A stretch of DNA of 47,796 nucleotides from an uncultured Eubacteriales bacterium (GCA_900554225.1 USGH01000001.1:1-47796), one strand, 5' to 3'. Shown: positions 15,990 to 24,928, counted from the stretch's first letter. Notes: generated from the letters alone by a model not told the origin. Numbers and translations are program-made.

Positions 15990-16191
15990 CATCGCTTTCC
16001 TCCGCGTTTTGTCAATATCGGACAGTATACCATACCGTGTACGGAATGTCAAGACAGACCGAACCGGCAGAAAAATCCGATTTGTCCCGTAATTTGTCCC
16101 ATTCCTATTGAAATTGGTAAAATTTATGGTATACTATAGCAAAGGAAATCGGTATCTGTCCACCAAACGGACAAACGACAAGGAGGAAATT

Positions 16192-16848
16192 ATGTTATTT
16201 GAAAATGGCGACCGCATCGTATTTACCGGAGACTCCACCACCGACAACGGACGGGGCAGACCGGTAGGCGAGGGACTGTGGGATGGCGTCGGCAGCGGCT
16301 ATGTGCGCGTGATCGAGAACATCCTGAATGTGGTATATCCGGAACGGCTGTACTGGATCTCCAATACCGGCGTAAGCGGCAATACGACCCGCGACCTGCA
16401 CGATCGTTGGCAGAACGACGTCATGGCACTCAAGCCCGACTGGGTCAGCGTGATGATCGGCGTGAACGACATCTGGCGCAGATTCGACTGCCCGGCGATC
16501 ACCTCTTCGCACGTATATGCCGCGGAATATAAGGATCTTCTCTCCAAGATGATGGAGCGCACGCTGCCCACCGTCAAGGGCATGATCCTGCTCTCCCCCT
16601 ACTACATCGAATCGAACCGCGAGGACAGTATGCGTATGGCGGTCGATGAATACATCGGCATCTGCTCGGACGTGGCGAAGAAATACAACACCGTGTTCGT
16701 CAACCTCCAGCGCGCCTTTGACGATTATCTCGTGTACCGCCACTCCTCCTACATCGCGTGGGACAGAGTCCATCCCGGTCCGATCGGCTCCACCATCATC
16801 GCCCGCGAATTTCTGAAGGCGGTGGGGATCGACCGTTCGTTCCTGTAA
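16192..16848 (+). CDS. SGNH/GDSL family hydrolase
   Basis: Block I IVFTGDSTTDNG, block III GVNDIW, block V DRVHPGP. Start re-picked at MLFENGD with an AAGGAGG RBS. Confidence 0.85.
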   Translation: MLFENGDRIVFTGDSTTDNGRGRPVGEGLWDGVGSGYVRVIENILNVVYPERLYWISNTGVSGNTTRDLHDRWQNDVMALKPDWVSVMIGVNDIWRRFDCPAITSSHVYAAEYKDLLSKMMERTLPTVKGMILLSPYYIESNREDSMRMAVDEYIGICSDVAKKYNTVFVNLQRAFDDYLVYRHSSYIAWDRVHPGPIGSTIIAREFLKAVGIDRSFL

Positions 16849-16860
16849 GGCGGTGCGGCA

Positions 16861-17700
16861 ATGGTGAAATTTGGTTGCTGTCTCCCGGGCGGATCGTTTA
16901 TGCCGGAGGGTGTCGCGGAGGTACCGCAGTCCCCGGCGGATTCCCTTGTCGCGAAGTGCCGCTACATCCTTGAGACCGGATTTGACTTCACGGAGGTCGC
17001 GGGCGGGATGCTTGTCGGACTGGACGACGCGGGCTGGAGAATGGTCTTGTCCGAGAATGAAAAAAGCTCCCTTGGACTGTACGCGGCAAACAGTCTCTTT
17101 CCTAAGGAATTGAAAATGGGCGATCCGACAGCGGATCGGGATGCGCAAAAGGCGTATATCCAAAAGCTCGTCGATCGGTTCGTGCCGCTGGGGATCCGCT
17201 ACGCGGTATTCGGCAGCGGCGTCGCAAGAAGCATCCCGGACGGCGTATCGCGGGCAGACGGCATTGCGGCACTCCGCCGCTTCATGGGCGATTTCGCGGA
17301 CTGCGCCTATTCCCGCGGCGTCACACTGGTGATCGAGCCGTTGCGCAAAAAGGAAACCAACGTCTATGTCACGGTTCCGGAAACCGCCGCGGAGGTGCGT
17401 ACCCTGGCAAATCCCGGGATCCGTCTTTTGTGCGACGCGTTCCATATGGCGGAGGAGGGGACCCCGGCGGACGCGGTGCTCGCGGCGGGAGAGCTGATCC
17501 GGCACTGTCATATGGCGGAGGCACCGGATCGCACCTGTCCCGGCAAATATACCACCGGAGATCCGCAGTACAACCGGGATTTCGCGCACTGCCTGAACCG
17601 GATCGGGTATACGGGCGGTGTGTCGGCGGAATGCGGCTTTGACGATTTCAGGACGGATGTGCCGCAGATCCTCGCGTACCTGCGGGAGATTTTCGCGTAA
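16861..17700 (+). CDS. Sugar phosphate isomerase/epimerase (xylose-isomerase-like TIM barrel) family protein
   Basis: 279 aa with AP-endonuclease-2/TIM-barrel family features (VIEPLRKKETN ... CDAFHMAEEG ... GGVSAECGF). Assigned by family resemblance only. Confidence 0.7.
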   Translation: MVKFGCCLPGGSFMPEGVAEVPQSPADSLVAKCRYILETGFDFTEVAGGMLVGLDDAGWRMVLSENEKSSLGLYAANSLFPKELKMGDPTADRDAQKAYIQKLVDRFVPLGIRYAVFGSGVARSIPDGVSRADGIAALRRFMGDFADCAYSRGVTLVIEPLRKKETNVYVTVPETAAEVRTLANPGIRLLCDAFHMAEEGTPADAVLAAGELIRHCHMAEAPDRTCPGKYTTGDPQYNRDFAHCLNRIGYTGGVSAECGFDDFRTDVPQILAYLREIFA

Positions 17701-17716
17701 ATTCGAGGGATATACG

Positions 17717-18757
17717 ATGGATAAGATTCTCTATACGGCAAAAACAGCCCTGTGGGAGGATCCGGTACGCTTCTCCGGTACGCTTCCCGACGGCTGCAAC
17801 GCGCTGATGACCGAGGACGGCAGGGCATTCCCGGCACAGAATACAGAAAATGGCGTGACGGCGATTGTGACCTGTGCGGCGGACGAGGTGCTGACTCTCC
17901 TCCCCGGAAGGGCGGATTTTCCGAAAATGCACCTGACGACGGGTACGGATTGTCTGGCGATCGAGCGGTGCGGTGCGGTGATCGGCGGGTATTACTGGGA
18001 TCATGCGATCTGGAAACCGTATTTCGGACCGGTTTGCGACGATGCGGGGCACCCGTTCACCCGGATCGATTTTTCGGCGCAGGAGCATCCGCACCACCGT
18101 TCCGTCTATATAGCGGTCGGTGACGTAAACGGCGTGGACGCATGGAACGAACCGGCAGACTGCGGCATTGTGCGGGTCGAAGGGCTGGAGAACGTGGTCT
18201 GCGGTGCGGCATTTACGTCCTTCACAGCGCACAATCTCTGGACGGATCACGCGGAAAAGCCCCTTCTGCGCGAGACGACGACGTATACGCTGTACAACCA
18301 GTCCGATGCGTGCCGGATGCTCGATATTGCGGTGACGTTCACGGCGGATTTTGGTGAGGTGGTGTTCGGCGCGACCAAGGAAGCGGGACCGCTGGGGATC
18401 CGGATGCGGGATGAGCTGCGTGCGGACAAGGGAACCGGGCTGATCACCAACGCCCGCGGCGAAAAAACGGAGGCGGAATGCTGGGGTCGCGAGGCAGAGT
18501 GGTGCGATTATACCGGGACAATGCCGTTAGGCACGATGGGGATCGCGGCATTCGACCATCCGGACAACGAACGGTACCCGACTGCGTGGCACGTCCGGGA
18601 TTACGGCTTGTTTGCGGCGAACAACCTCTACTTCAAGGGCGGTCTGACGATCCACGGCGGCGACAGTCTGACCTATCGGTTCCGCATCCTCTTCCATCGT
18701 GCGGAGATGACGGCAGACGAGCTCGCGGCAAAATACGCGGAATACATCGGAAAATGA
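17717..18757 (+). CDS. PmoA-like / DUF6807 family protein (function unknown)
   Basis: HPHHRSVYIAVGDVNGVDAWNE ... FGATKEAGPLGIRM ... AAFDHPDNERYPTAWHVRDYGLFAANN is the typical DUF6807 pattern as I recall it. Start re-picked at MDKILY (ATG at 17717). Confidence 0.65.
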   Translation: MDKILYTAKTALWEDPVRFSGTLPDGCNALMTEDGRAFPAQNTENGVTAIVTCAADEVLTLLPGRADFPKMHLTTGTDCLAIERCGAVIGGYYWDHAIWKPYFGPVCDDAGHPFTRIDFSAQEHPHHRSVYIAVGDVNGVDAWNEPADCGIVRVEGLENVVCGAAFTSFTAHNLWTDHAEKPLLRETTTYTLYNQSDACRMLDIAVTFTADFGEVVFGATKEAGPLGIRMRDELRADKGTGLITNARGEKTEAECWGREAEWCDYTGTMPLGTMGIAAFDHPDNERYPTAWHVRDYGLFAANNLYFKGGLTIHGGDSLTYRFRILFHRAEMTADELAAKYAEYIGK

Positions 18758-18768
18758 TTCCTTGCGAG

Positions 18769-18805
18769 AGACCCATGCGGAACGGATCCGTGTGGGTCTT
18801 TTTTG
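18769..18805 (+). terminator. Intrinsic terminator after the DUF6807 gene
   Basis: AGACCCA-(17 nt)-TGGGTCT followed by TTTTTT. Confidence 0.7.
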
Positions 18806-18991
18806 CCTGCTGCCCTGCTTCCTTTTTCACAAGGAGCGGCTGTGTGATCGGTGGATGAGGTGGGGGCAGGCGCGCGTTGGTATGCGGGAGAGGTTCGGCA
18901 CAATATCCAAAACAGGCGGTGCGGATTTGCGCAAAACGCCGAAATGTACAGAGAATCATGAGCTAAAGATGTCACTATTGCGGCAGACCCA

Positions 18992-19020
18992 TTGACAATG
19001 TGGGGAGAACGTTATATACT
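18992..19020 (+). promoter_or_regulatory. Sigma-A promoter (TTGACA-17-TATACT) for solute-binding lipoprotein 1
   Basis: ccaTTGACAatgtggggagaacgttaTATACT, about 65 nt upstream of the ATG at 19085. Confidence 0.6.
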
Positions 19021-19084
19021 ATGTATAATATAGCGCGTTTGCAAGCCGAAGAAAATATATAGAACGCGAACACAGGAGTCATAT

Positions 19085-20587
19085 ATGAAACGTAGGATAT
19101 TCACGCTGCTGCTCTGTGCTCTTCTTGTGGCACCGACGCTCCTTTCCTGCTCCGGCGGGGAAACCAAGGATACCGAAAACGATACCTCCGCTGCCGACAG
19201 CACGACCGAAACCGTGGAAGAGACGGAAACGCTGTCCGATTATGAGATGCGCCAGCTGATCTCCGATGATCTTGAGGATACCGATTTCGGCGGGCGGGAT
19301 TTCCGTGTGCTGACCACCGCGCATGATACCTACGATGCGGTGACGTTCGAGATCGTGGCGGAGGAGCTGACCGGAGACGCATGCAACGACGCGGTATACA
19401 ACCGGAATCTGGAGATCGAGAACCGCTTCAACACCAAGGTCACGTGCAATACGGAAAAGGAACCGTTCAAGGTCATCAAGACTGCCGTGACTGCCGGGAC
19501 GGACGACTACGATCTCGTTGGCACCTACAATTTCCAGGTCTACCATCTGATTTCCGCAGAGGCGGTCATGAACTGGCTGGAGGTTCCGCACGTCAATCTG
19601 GAGAAGCCATGGCACAATGCACTCGCCAACCAGAACGCGACGATCAACAACCGTCTCTACGCCATCTGCTCCGACCTTTCGATCACCTCCATGACCTACA
19701 CCTACGCCACCTTCTTCAACATCGAGATGATGGAAGACTACGGCTACAGTGCGGACGATCTGTACACCCTTGTGCGCGACGGCAAGTGGACGATCGACAA
19801 GCTGTCCGAAATGGTTGCAGGGATGTACAAGGACGTCAACGGCGACGGCAAGGCGGACAAGGAGGACATTTCCGGCTCCGGCAATCACATCACCAATCCC
19901 GCGGATGTATGGCTGACCGCGTTTGACCAGCCGCTGTTCACCATGAACGACGACAACACCTATACGATCAACTTCATGAGCGAAAAAACGACCGCGATCA
20001 TTGAGAAGCTCGTCGATTTCCACTACAACAATCCGGGTGTATACCTGCCGGCGAACCAGTATGACGAGCAGACGTATTTCCTGAACGGTCAATTCGCAAT
20101 GGCTCCCCTCCGCTTCCATTGCGCCTATACGAAGCTGCGCGACATGGAGGATCCGTATTCCATGCTCCCGTATCCGAAGTGGGATGAGGCGCAGAGCGCG
20201 TATTACACCAACGCGGACGACAAATTCACGGCGTTTATGATTCCGCTGACGGCATACAACAACATCGATTTTGTCGGTACGATCTTTGAGGCACTGTGCG
20301 CCATCAGCTATAAGAAGGTCTATCCGGAGTATTACGACGTCGCGCTCAAGGGCAAGTACGCCACCGATTCCAATACCGCGGAGATGATCGATCTCATCAT
20401 GGCGGGCCGTAACTTTGACTTCACGTTCCAGTTTGGCGAAACCTACTTCCAGCGGCTGCCGTATATGATCCGCGAGCTGATCTCTGCCAAGAACACCAAT
20501 CTCGCCTCCAAGTACGATACCGCCGCCAAAAAGCTCTACACCCAGATCGACGAGAAGCTCCTGCCGCTCTACGGTGTGGAAAAATAA
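19085..20587 (+). CDS. Extracellular solute-binding lipoprotein (large ABC-type SBP, LplA-like), orphan
   Basis: Lipoprotein signal MKRRIFTLLLCALLVAPTLLSC|SGG. About 500 aa. Clear paralog of the 22725..24191 product (shared LTGD..NDAVY.RNL..E.RFN.K, TAVTAG.D, P.PKWDEAQ..YYT, YDVALK.KY). No permease or ATPase genes nearby. Confidence 0.8.
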   Translation: MKRRIFTLLLCALLVAPTLLSCSGGETKDTENDTSAADSTTETVEETETLSDYEMRQLISDDLEDTDFGGRDFRVLTTAHDTYDAVTFEIVAEELTGDACNDAVYNRNLEIENRFNTKVTCNTEKEPFKVIKTAVTAGTDDYDLVGTYNFQVYHLISAEAVMNWLEVPHVNLEKPWHNALANQNATINNRLYAICSDLSITSMTYTYATFFNIEMMEDYGYSADDLYTLVRDGKWTIDKLSEMVAGMYKDVNGDGKADKEDISGSGNHITNPADVWLTAFDQPLFTMNDDNTYTINFMSEKTTAIIEKLVDFHYNNPGVYLPANQYDEQTYFLNGQFAMAPLRFHCAYTKLRDMEDPYSMLPYPKWDEAQSAYYTNADDKFTAFMIPLTAYNNIDFVGTIFEALCAISYKKVYPEYYDVALKGKYATDSNTAEMIDLIMAGRNFDFTFQFGETYFQRLPYMIRELISAKNTNLASKYDTAAKKLYTQIDEKLLPLYGVEK

Positions 20588-20679
20588 AATACGGCTTTGA
20601 CAGGCGGGGATACATTGTACCTTTCCTTCATGATAAACTCCTACTTTTGGGTTCTCTTGCCGGGGGACTAAAGGGGAAA

Positions 20680-20721
20680 ATACCGGGTATGCGCGTATAC
20701 GTGTATCCGGTATATTTCTTT
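20680..20721 (+). terminator. Candidate terminator hairpin downstream of SBP gene 1
   Basis: ATACCGGGTA-(14 nt, itself partly palindromic)-TATCCGGTAT followed by ATTTCTTT, 93 nt after the stop. Confidence 0.4.
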
Positions 20722-20784
20722 GCCGCTGTCCGATGGCGAAATTCACAAATCTGCGTGGGAGAGGGGTTTTGTGCCGTGCCTGTC

Positions 20785-20813
20785 TTGATTTTCCCGCCGC
20801 GATATGGTATACT
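20785..20813 (+). promoter_or_regulatory. Sigma-A promoter (TTGATT-17-TATACT) for the ACT/DUF711 pair
   Basis: tcTTGATTttcccgccgcgatatggTATACTtc, about 40 nt upstream of the ATG at 20854. Confidence 0.55.
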
Positions 20814-20853
20814 TCTACCAGAGAAAAAACACAGGTATGGAGGATACAAGAAG

Positions 20854-21123
20854 ATGAAAGCCGTTATCACCGTAGTCGGATATGACGATGTCGGGATCCT
20901 TGCCAAGGTAGCCGCGGTATGTGCGGACAACCACGCGAATATCATCGATGTGACGCAGTCCGTTATGAAGGAGATGTTCACGATGGTCATGCTCGTCGAT
21001 ATTACCACGCTCCGGGACGATTTCGCGACCATGCAGCGGGAGCTGTACGCGCTCGGCGAGAGGATCGGCATGAAGATCCACGTCATGCACGAGGAAATCT
21101 TTGAGTCGATGCACCATATCTGA
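20854..21123 (+). CDS. ACT domain protein (UPF0237 family)
   Basis: MKAVITVVGYDDVGILAKVAAVCADNHANIIDVTQSVMKEMFTMVMLVD ... is collinear with the streptococcal UPF0237 protein as I recall it. 89 aa. Start re-picked. Confidence 0.85.
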   Translation: MKAVITVVGYDDVGILAKVAAVCADNHANIIDVTQSVMKEMFTMVMLVDITTLRDDFATMQRELYALGERIGMKIHVMHEEIFESMHHI

Positions 21124-21141
21124 GGCAGGGCGGGGAAGCAT

Positions 21142-22500
21142 ATGTTAAATACAAAAGATATTCTGGAAACGATTCGGATGATCGACGACGAAAATCTCGA
21201 CATCCGCACGATCACGATGGGACTGTCCCTCCTCGATTGCGCCGACAGCGACATACACCGTTCGACAGAGAAGATCTACGATAAGATCACACGCCGTGCC
21301 GAACATCTGGTGGCAGCCGGTGAGGAGATCGAGCGCACCTACGGCATCCCGATCATTCACAAACGGATCGCGGTCACACCCATCGCGCTTCTGACGGCGG
21401 TATCCGGCGGAGATCCGGTAGAATATGCGAAAATCCTGGAGAAAGCATCCCAGGCGGTCGGCGTGAACTTCATCGGCGGCTACAGCGCACTGGTTCACAA
21501 GGGCTTTGCGGCGGGCGATGAGGCACTGATCCGCTCCATCCCGGAAGCACTGGCGACCACGGAACACGTCTGTTCCTCCGTCAATATCGGTTCCACGAAG
21601 GCGGGGATCAATATGGATGCGGTGGGCATGATGGGCAGGGTCGTCAGGGAATGCGCGGAGAAAACGCAGGACAACAACTGTATCGGTGCTGCCAAGCTCG
21701 TCGTATTCTGCAACGCGCCGGAGGACAATCCGTTTATGGCGGGGGCGTTCCATGGGATCGGAGAGCCGGACTGCGTGATCAACGTCGGCGTATCGGGCCC
21801 CGGTGTCGTGCGTTCCGCGCTTGCCAAGCATCCGGACGGCGATCTGACCGAGGTGGCGGACGTGATCAAGAAAACGGCGTTCAAGATCACTCGGATGGGG
21901 CAGCTCGTCGGCACTGTGGCATCCCAGAAGCTCGGCGTACCGTTCGGCATCGTGGATCTGTCCCTTGCACCGACACCGGCAGTCGGCGATTCCGTCGCGC
22001 ACATTCTTGAAGAAATGGGACTGGAGATCTGCGGTACCCACGGGACGACGGCGGCACTGGCACTGCTCAATGACGCGGTGAAAAAGGGCGGCGTAATGGC
22101 ATCGTCCCATGTCGGCGGACTCTCCGGCGCGTTTATCCCGGTGTCCGAAGACGCAGGCATGATCGCGGCGGCACGGAGTCACGACCTGTCCATCGAGAAG
22201 CTGGAGGCAATGACAGCGGTCTGCTCGGTCGGACTCGATATGATCATCCTCCCCGGCGAGACCCCCGCTTCCACCATTTCGGCGATCATCGCAGACGAAG
22301 CGGCAATCGGCATGGTCAACTCCAAAACGACGGCGGTGCGCGTGATCCCCGCGATCGGTAAGAAGCCGGGCGAGGAGCTGGAATTTGGTGGACTCCTCGG
22401 CAGCGGACCGATCATGGATCTCCATCTCGACCGGTCGAGTGAAAAATTCATCGCGCGCGGCGGCAGGATCCCGGCACCGATGCAGTCGCTCAAAAACTGA
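21142..22500 (+). CDS. UPF0210 / DUF711 family protein (conserved, function unknown)
   Basis: [18 protein letters not shown] ... [18 protein letters not shown] ... [10 protein letters not shown] ... [20 protein letters not shown] ... [13 protein letters not shown] is strongly collinear with UPF0210 proteins. It is the usual partner of the ACT gene. Confidence 0.9.
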   Translation: MLNTKDILETIRMIDDENLDIRTITMGLSLLDCADSDIHRSTEKIYDKITRRAEHLVAAGEEIERTYGIPIIHKRIAVTPIALLTAVSGGDPVEYAKILEKASQAVGVNFIGGYSALVHKGFAAGDEALIRSIPEALATTEHVCSSVNIGSTKAGINMDAVGMMGRVVRECAEKTQDNNCIGAAKLVVFCNAPEDNPFMAGAFHGIGEPDCVINVGVSGPGVVRSALAKHPDGDLTEVADVIKKTAFKITRMGQLVGTVASQKLGVPFGIVDLSLAPTPAVGDSVAHILEEMGLEICGTHGTTAALALLNDAVKKGGVMASSHVGGLSGAFIPVSEDAGMIAAARSHDLSIEKLEAMTAVCSVGLDMIILPGETPASTISAIIADEAAIGMVNSKTTAVRVIPAIGKKPGEELEFGGLLGSGPIMDLHLDRSSEKFIARGGRIPAPMQSLKN

Positions 22501-22517
22501 AGCCGTATGGCAAATAC

Positions 22518-22556
22518 AAAGCACCCGTTTCCGGAATGTGGGACGGGTGCTTTTTG
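22518..22556 (+). terminator. Intrinsic terminator after the DUF711 gene
   Basis: AGCACCCGT-(14 nt)-ACGGGTGCT followed by TTTT. Confidence 0.75.
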
Positions 22557-22640
22557 AAACGGAAGGGAGGTGATAGGGGAAATACCTCCAATATTTTTGC
22601 AAAACGGCGTGGTAAGATGCATAAATACCCCATTTTTCTC

Positions 22641-22669
22641 TTGCATTTTTCGAAGATATATGCTATACT
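22641..22669 (+). promoter_or_regulatory. Sigma-A promoter (TTGCAT-17-TATACT) for solute-binding lipoprotein 2
   Basis: ctcTTGCATttttcgaagatatatgcTATACTg, about 55 nt upstream of the ATG at 22725. Confidence 0.55.
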
Positions 22670-22724
22670 GACCATAGCATTTCTGCATCATAACGAAAAA
22701 ATTTTAGAAAGGGATACTGTACCT

Positions 22725-24191
22725 ATGAAAATGAAGAAATGGGTTTGGCTTGTGCTGTTTGCCATGCTGCTGACCGGCTGCTCACAGACCAAGGAAAACG
22801 AGACAGGCAACGAGACGACGGCGGATACCTCTGCGGAGACAGAAACGGTAGCAGAGACGGAAACGGAGATCTCCGACGATCTGCCCGATGTGACCTTTGA
22901 CGGTCGTGAATTCCGTACCTATACGCGGGACTGCTGTGAGGGTGTACACGTCAACGGTCTGTACATCGAGGATCTGACCGGGGACGTAGTAAACGACGCC
23001 GTATACACGCGCAATCTGACCGTGGAGGAACGGTTCAATGTGAAGATCGTTGCACCGATCACGGGAGCGGACGGAGACTGCACGGCACTCAACACAGCGG
23101 TCACCGCCGGAGACGACATTTGCGAGGTCGCGGACTGGCACTATAAGCATCTCGGCGACAGCGCGGCAAAGGGGTATTTCGTCGATATGCACTCTATCGG
23201 TGTGCTGGGCATGGATAAGCCGTGGTGGTACCAGAACGTAAACGACGCGTATTCCGTGGGTGGTCACTACTACATCATGGTCGGCATGTACGACACGGAC
23301 AACTTCCTCGACAACATCTGTATGTACTTCAATAAGAATCTCCTGGAGGTCACGCTTCCGGAGGAGGATCTGTACACCGTGGTCAAGGAAGGCAAGTGGA
23401 CGGCGGACAAATTCATGTCTCTTGCCGCGCAGTCTGCGGTCGATCTGGATGGCGACGGCACCATGGATCCGACAAAGGATCAGTTTGCATATGGACAGGC
23501 GAACGGCTATTCCTTCGCGTTCCAGTTCGCATGGCAGCAGCCCGTTACGGAGCGCGATGCCGACGGCTATCCGGTGACGTGCATCAATACGAGCCACATG
23601 ACCGATATGGTCGAAAAGCTGCACAGTATGCTGTTTGAAAATTCCGAGAACATCATCGACGAATCCGACGAGCAGGCCGTCAACGCCTTCAAGGAGGATC
23701 GCGAAATGTTCCAGCTGCAAGCCCTCAAGGCAGCATCGATCAACTTCCGCGATATGGATTCCGACTTTGGTATCCTTCCCATGCCGAAATGGGATGAAGC
23801 ACAGGACAAGTATTACACGCACGCAACCGCGCATACCTCTGCCGTAGCGATTCCGGTGACGAAAGACAACGACGGATTTGTATTCGCCGAAACGATCCTG
23901 GAGGCACTGGCAGCAGAAGGATATAAGCAGGTTCGTCCCGCCATCTATGATGTGGCTCTGAAGTCGAAGTACACGCGCGACGAGGTCTCCTATGAGATGA
24001 TCGACATCGTGGTCCATGGCAGAACCGCAGATTTCGCGGAGATTTTCGACAATTGGGGACTGACCTACACCCTAGACCATCTGACCCGTAAGAAATCGGC
24101 GGATTGGGCGTCCTTCTACCAGAGCCAGACCAAAACGCAGGAAAAGGCAGTCGGCGACGCAGTGGCTCTGTTCATGGGTCTGGACAAATAA
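22725..24191 (+). CDS. Extracellular solute-binding lipoprotein (paralog of 19085..20587), orphan
   Basis: Lipoprotein signal MKMKKWVWLVLFAMLLTGC|SQT. Start re-picked at 22725. Homology blocks shared with SBP 1 are listed at that feature. Confidence 0.8.
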   Translation: MKMKKWVWLVLFAMLLTGCSQTKENETGNETTADTSAETETVAETETEISDDLPDVTFDGREFRTYTRDCCEGVHVNGLYIEDLTGDVVNDAVYTRNLTVEERFNVKIVAPITGADGDCTALNTAVTAGDDICEVADWHYKHLGDSAAKGYFVDMHSIGVLGMDKPWWYQNVNDAYSVGGHYYIMVGMYDTDNFLDNICMYFNKNLLEVTLPEEDLYTVVKEGKWTADKFMSLAAQSAVDLDGDGTMDPTKDQFAYGQANGYSFAFQFAWQQPVTERDADGYPVTCINTSHMTDMVEKLHSMLFENSENIIDESDEQAVNAFKEDREMFQLQALKAASINFRDMDSDFGILPMPKWDEAQDKYYTHATAHTSAVAIPVTKDNDGFVFAETILEALAAEGYKQVRPAIYDVALKSKYTRDEVSYEMIDIVVHGRTADFAEIFDNWGLTYTLDHLTRKKSADWASFYQSQTKTQEKAVGDAVALFMGLDK

Positions 24192-24260
24192 GCGCACCGA
24201 TACAAAACGGTACCGGACAGGCAAACACCGGCACAGGAGACTGCAAACAAATCGCATAAC

Positions 24261-24303
24261 AAAGGCGGAGGCAAACCCACGTGGCGAACCTCCGCCTTTG
24301 CTG
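24261..24303 (+). terminator. Hairpin terminator after SBP gene 2
   Basis: AAAGGCGGAGG-(17 nt)-CCTCCGCCTTT followed by G; the T-run is short. Confidence 0.55.
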
Positions 24304-24439
24304 TACGGCATATTGTTTTCAGTGTGCGGTGTTGTCCGCGGCGCACACTTCAGATGACTGCGGAAGCCTCTGTCACTGCGATTCCACTGCCGTAGCGATA
24401 CCGGGGAAGCTATTCCTGACGATAGCTATCTGCAAAAAC

Positions 24440-24470
24440 GAAAAAAAGCATATCTGCACGATACGCTTTT
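24440..24470 (-). terminator. Intrinsic terminator of the tRNA operon
   Basis: Minus strand: AAGCGTAT-(7 nt)-ATATGCTT followed by TTTTT, 12 nt after tRNA-Gly. Confidence 0.65.
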
Positions 24471-24481
24471 CATTCTTATGA

Positions 24482-24554
24482 AGCGGATTACGGGGCTCGA
24501 ACCCGCCACCTCGACCTTGGCAAGGTCGCGCTCTACCAAATGAGCTAAATCCGC
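24482..24554 (-). tRNA. tRNA-Gly (anticodon GCC)
   Basis: Minus strand: GCGGATT-TA-GCTC-ATTTGGTA-GAGC-G-CGACC-TTGCCAA-GGTCG-AGGTG-GCGGG-TTCGAGC-CCCGT-AATCCGC-T. The cloverleaf folds cleanly. Confidence 0.9.
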
Positions 24555-24593
24555 ATTTTGGAGACTTGGGTGACAACGGTCTACCAAAGATCA

Positions 24594-24667
24594 CGACCCA
24601 GACGGGGCTCGAACCCGTGACCTCTAGCGTGACAGGCTAGCGCTCTAACCAACTGAGCTACTGGGCC
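24594..24667 (-). tRNA. tRNA-Asp (anticodon GTC)
   Basis: Minus strand: GGCCCAG-TA-GCTC-AGTTGGTTA-GAGC-G-CTAGC-CTGTCAC-GCTAG-AGGTC-ACGGG-TTCGAGC-CCCGT-CTGGGTC-G. Confidence 0.9.
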
Positions 24668-24691
24668 ATTCCGTACCATATTTGATACGGT

Positions 24692-24767
24692 TGGTGGAAA
24701 CAATAGGGCTCGAACCTATGACCCTCTGCTTGTAAGGCAGATGCTCTCCCAGCTGAGCTATGCTTCC
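24692..24767 (-). tRNA. tRNA-Val (anticodon TAC), CCA encoded
   Basis: Minus strand: GGAAGCA-TA-GCTC-AGCTGGGA-GAGC-A-TCTGC-CTTACAA-GCAGA-GGGTC-ATAGG-TTCGAGC-CCTAT-TGTTTCC-A-CCA. Confidence 0.9.
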
Positions 24768-24859
24768 ATCTGTTGTGAAGAACTTCCAAGAAACCCACTT
24801 GAAACTCACATTTGTTTGTTTGTTTCGTTTGTTTTTCGGTTGCGCTCTCAACGTATAAG

Positions 24860-24888
24860 ATTATACCACGCCGCGCGGGATTTGTCAA
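24860..24888 (-). promoter_or_regulatory. Perfect-consensus sigma-A promoter (TTGACA-17-TATAAT, TGG-extended) of the Val-Asp-Gly tRNA operon
   Basis: Minus strand: tatTTGACAaatcccgcgcggcgtggTATAATctt, about 90 nt upstream of tRNA-Val(TAC). Confidence 0.75.
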
Positions 24889-24893
24889 TACCC

Positions 24894-24928
24894 TTTTTCA
24901 AATTTTTTTGATTTTTTTGGATTTTTTT
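24894..24928 (-). promoter_or_regulatory. Phased A-tracts (UP-element-like curved DNA) upstream of the tRNA operon promoter
   Basis: The plus strand shows T5, T7, T7, T7 runs starting at 24894, 24903, 24912 and 24922 (9-10 nt phasing). This gives A-tracts at about -40 to -80 on the transcribed orientation. Confidence 0.55.

Noticed and set aside
4928-20694. A shared 10-mer, GGGTATGCGC, followed by (A/G)TAT at 4928..4937 and 20685..20694, as a possible dispersed repeat or operator.
   Set aside because: There are only two copies, the match is short, and the flanking contexts differ. This is compatible with chance in 48 kb searched on both strands.
24281-24481. Cys-rich 66-aa ORF between the SBP2 terminator and the tRNA operon.
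   Set aside because: It starts at a GTG inside the terminator hairpin, has no RBS, and runs into the tRNA operon terminator. It is most likely noise.
24555-24593. The 39-nt spacer between tRNA-Asp and tRNA-Gly contains a D-arm-like string (GGTCTACCAAA), suggesting a tRNA remnant.
   Set aside because: It is too short and has no acceptor, anticodon or T-arm complement. I treat it as an ordinary inter-tRNA spacer.
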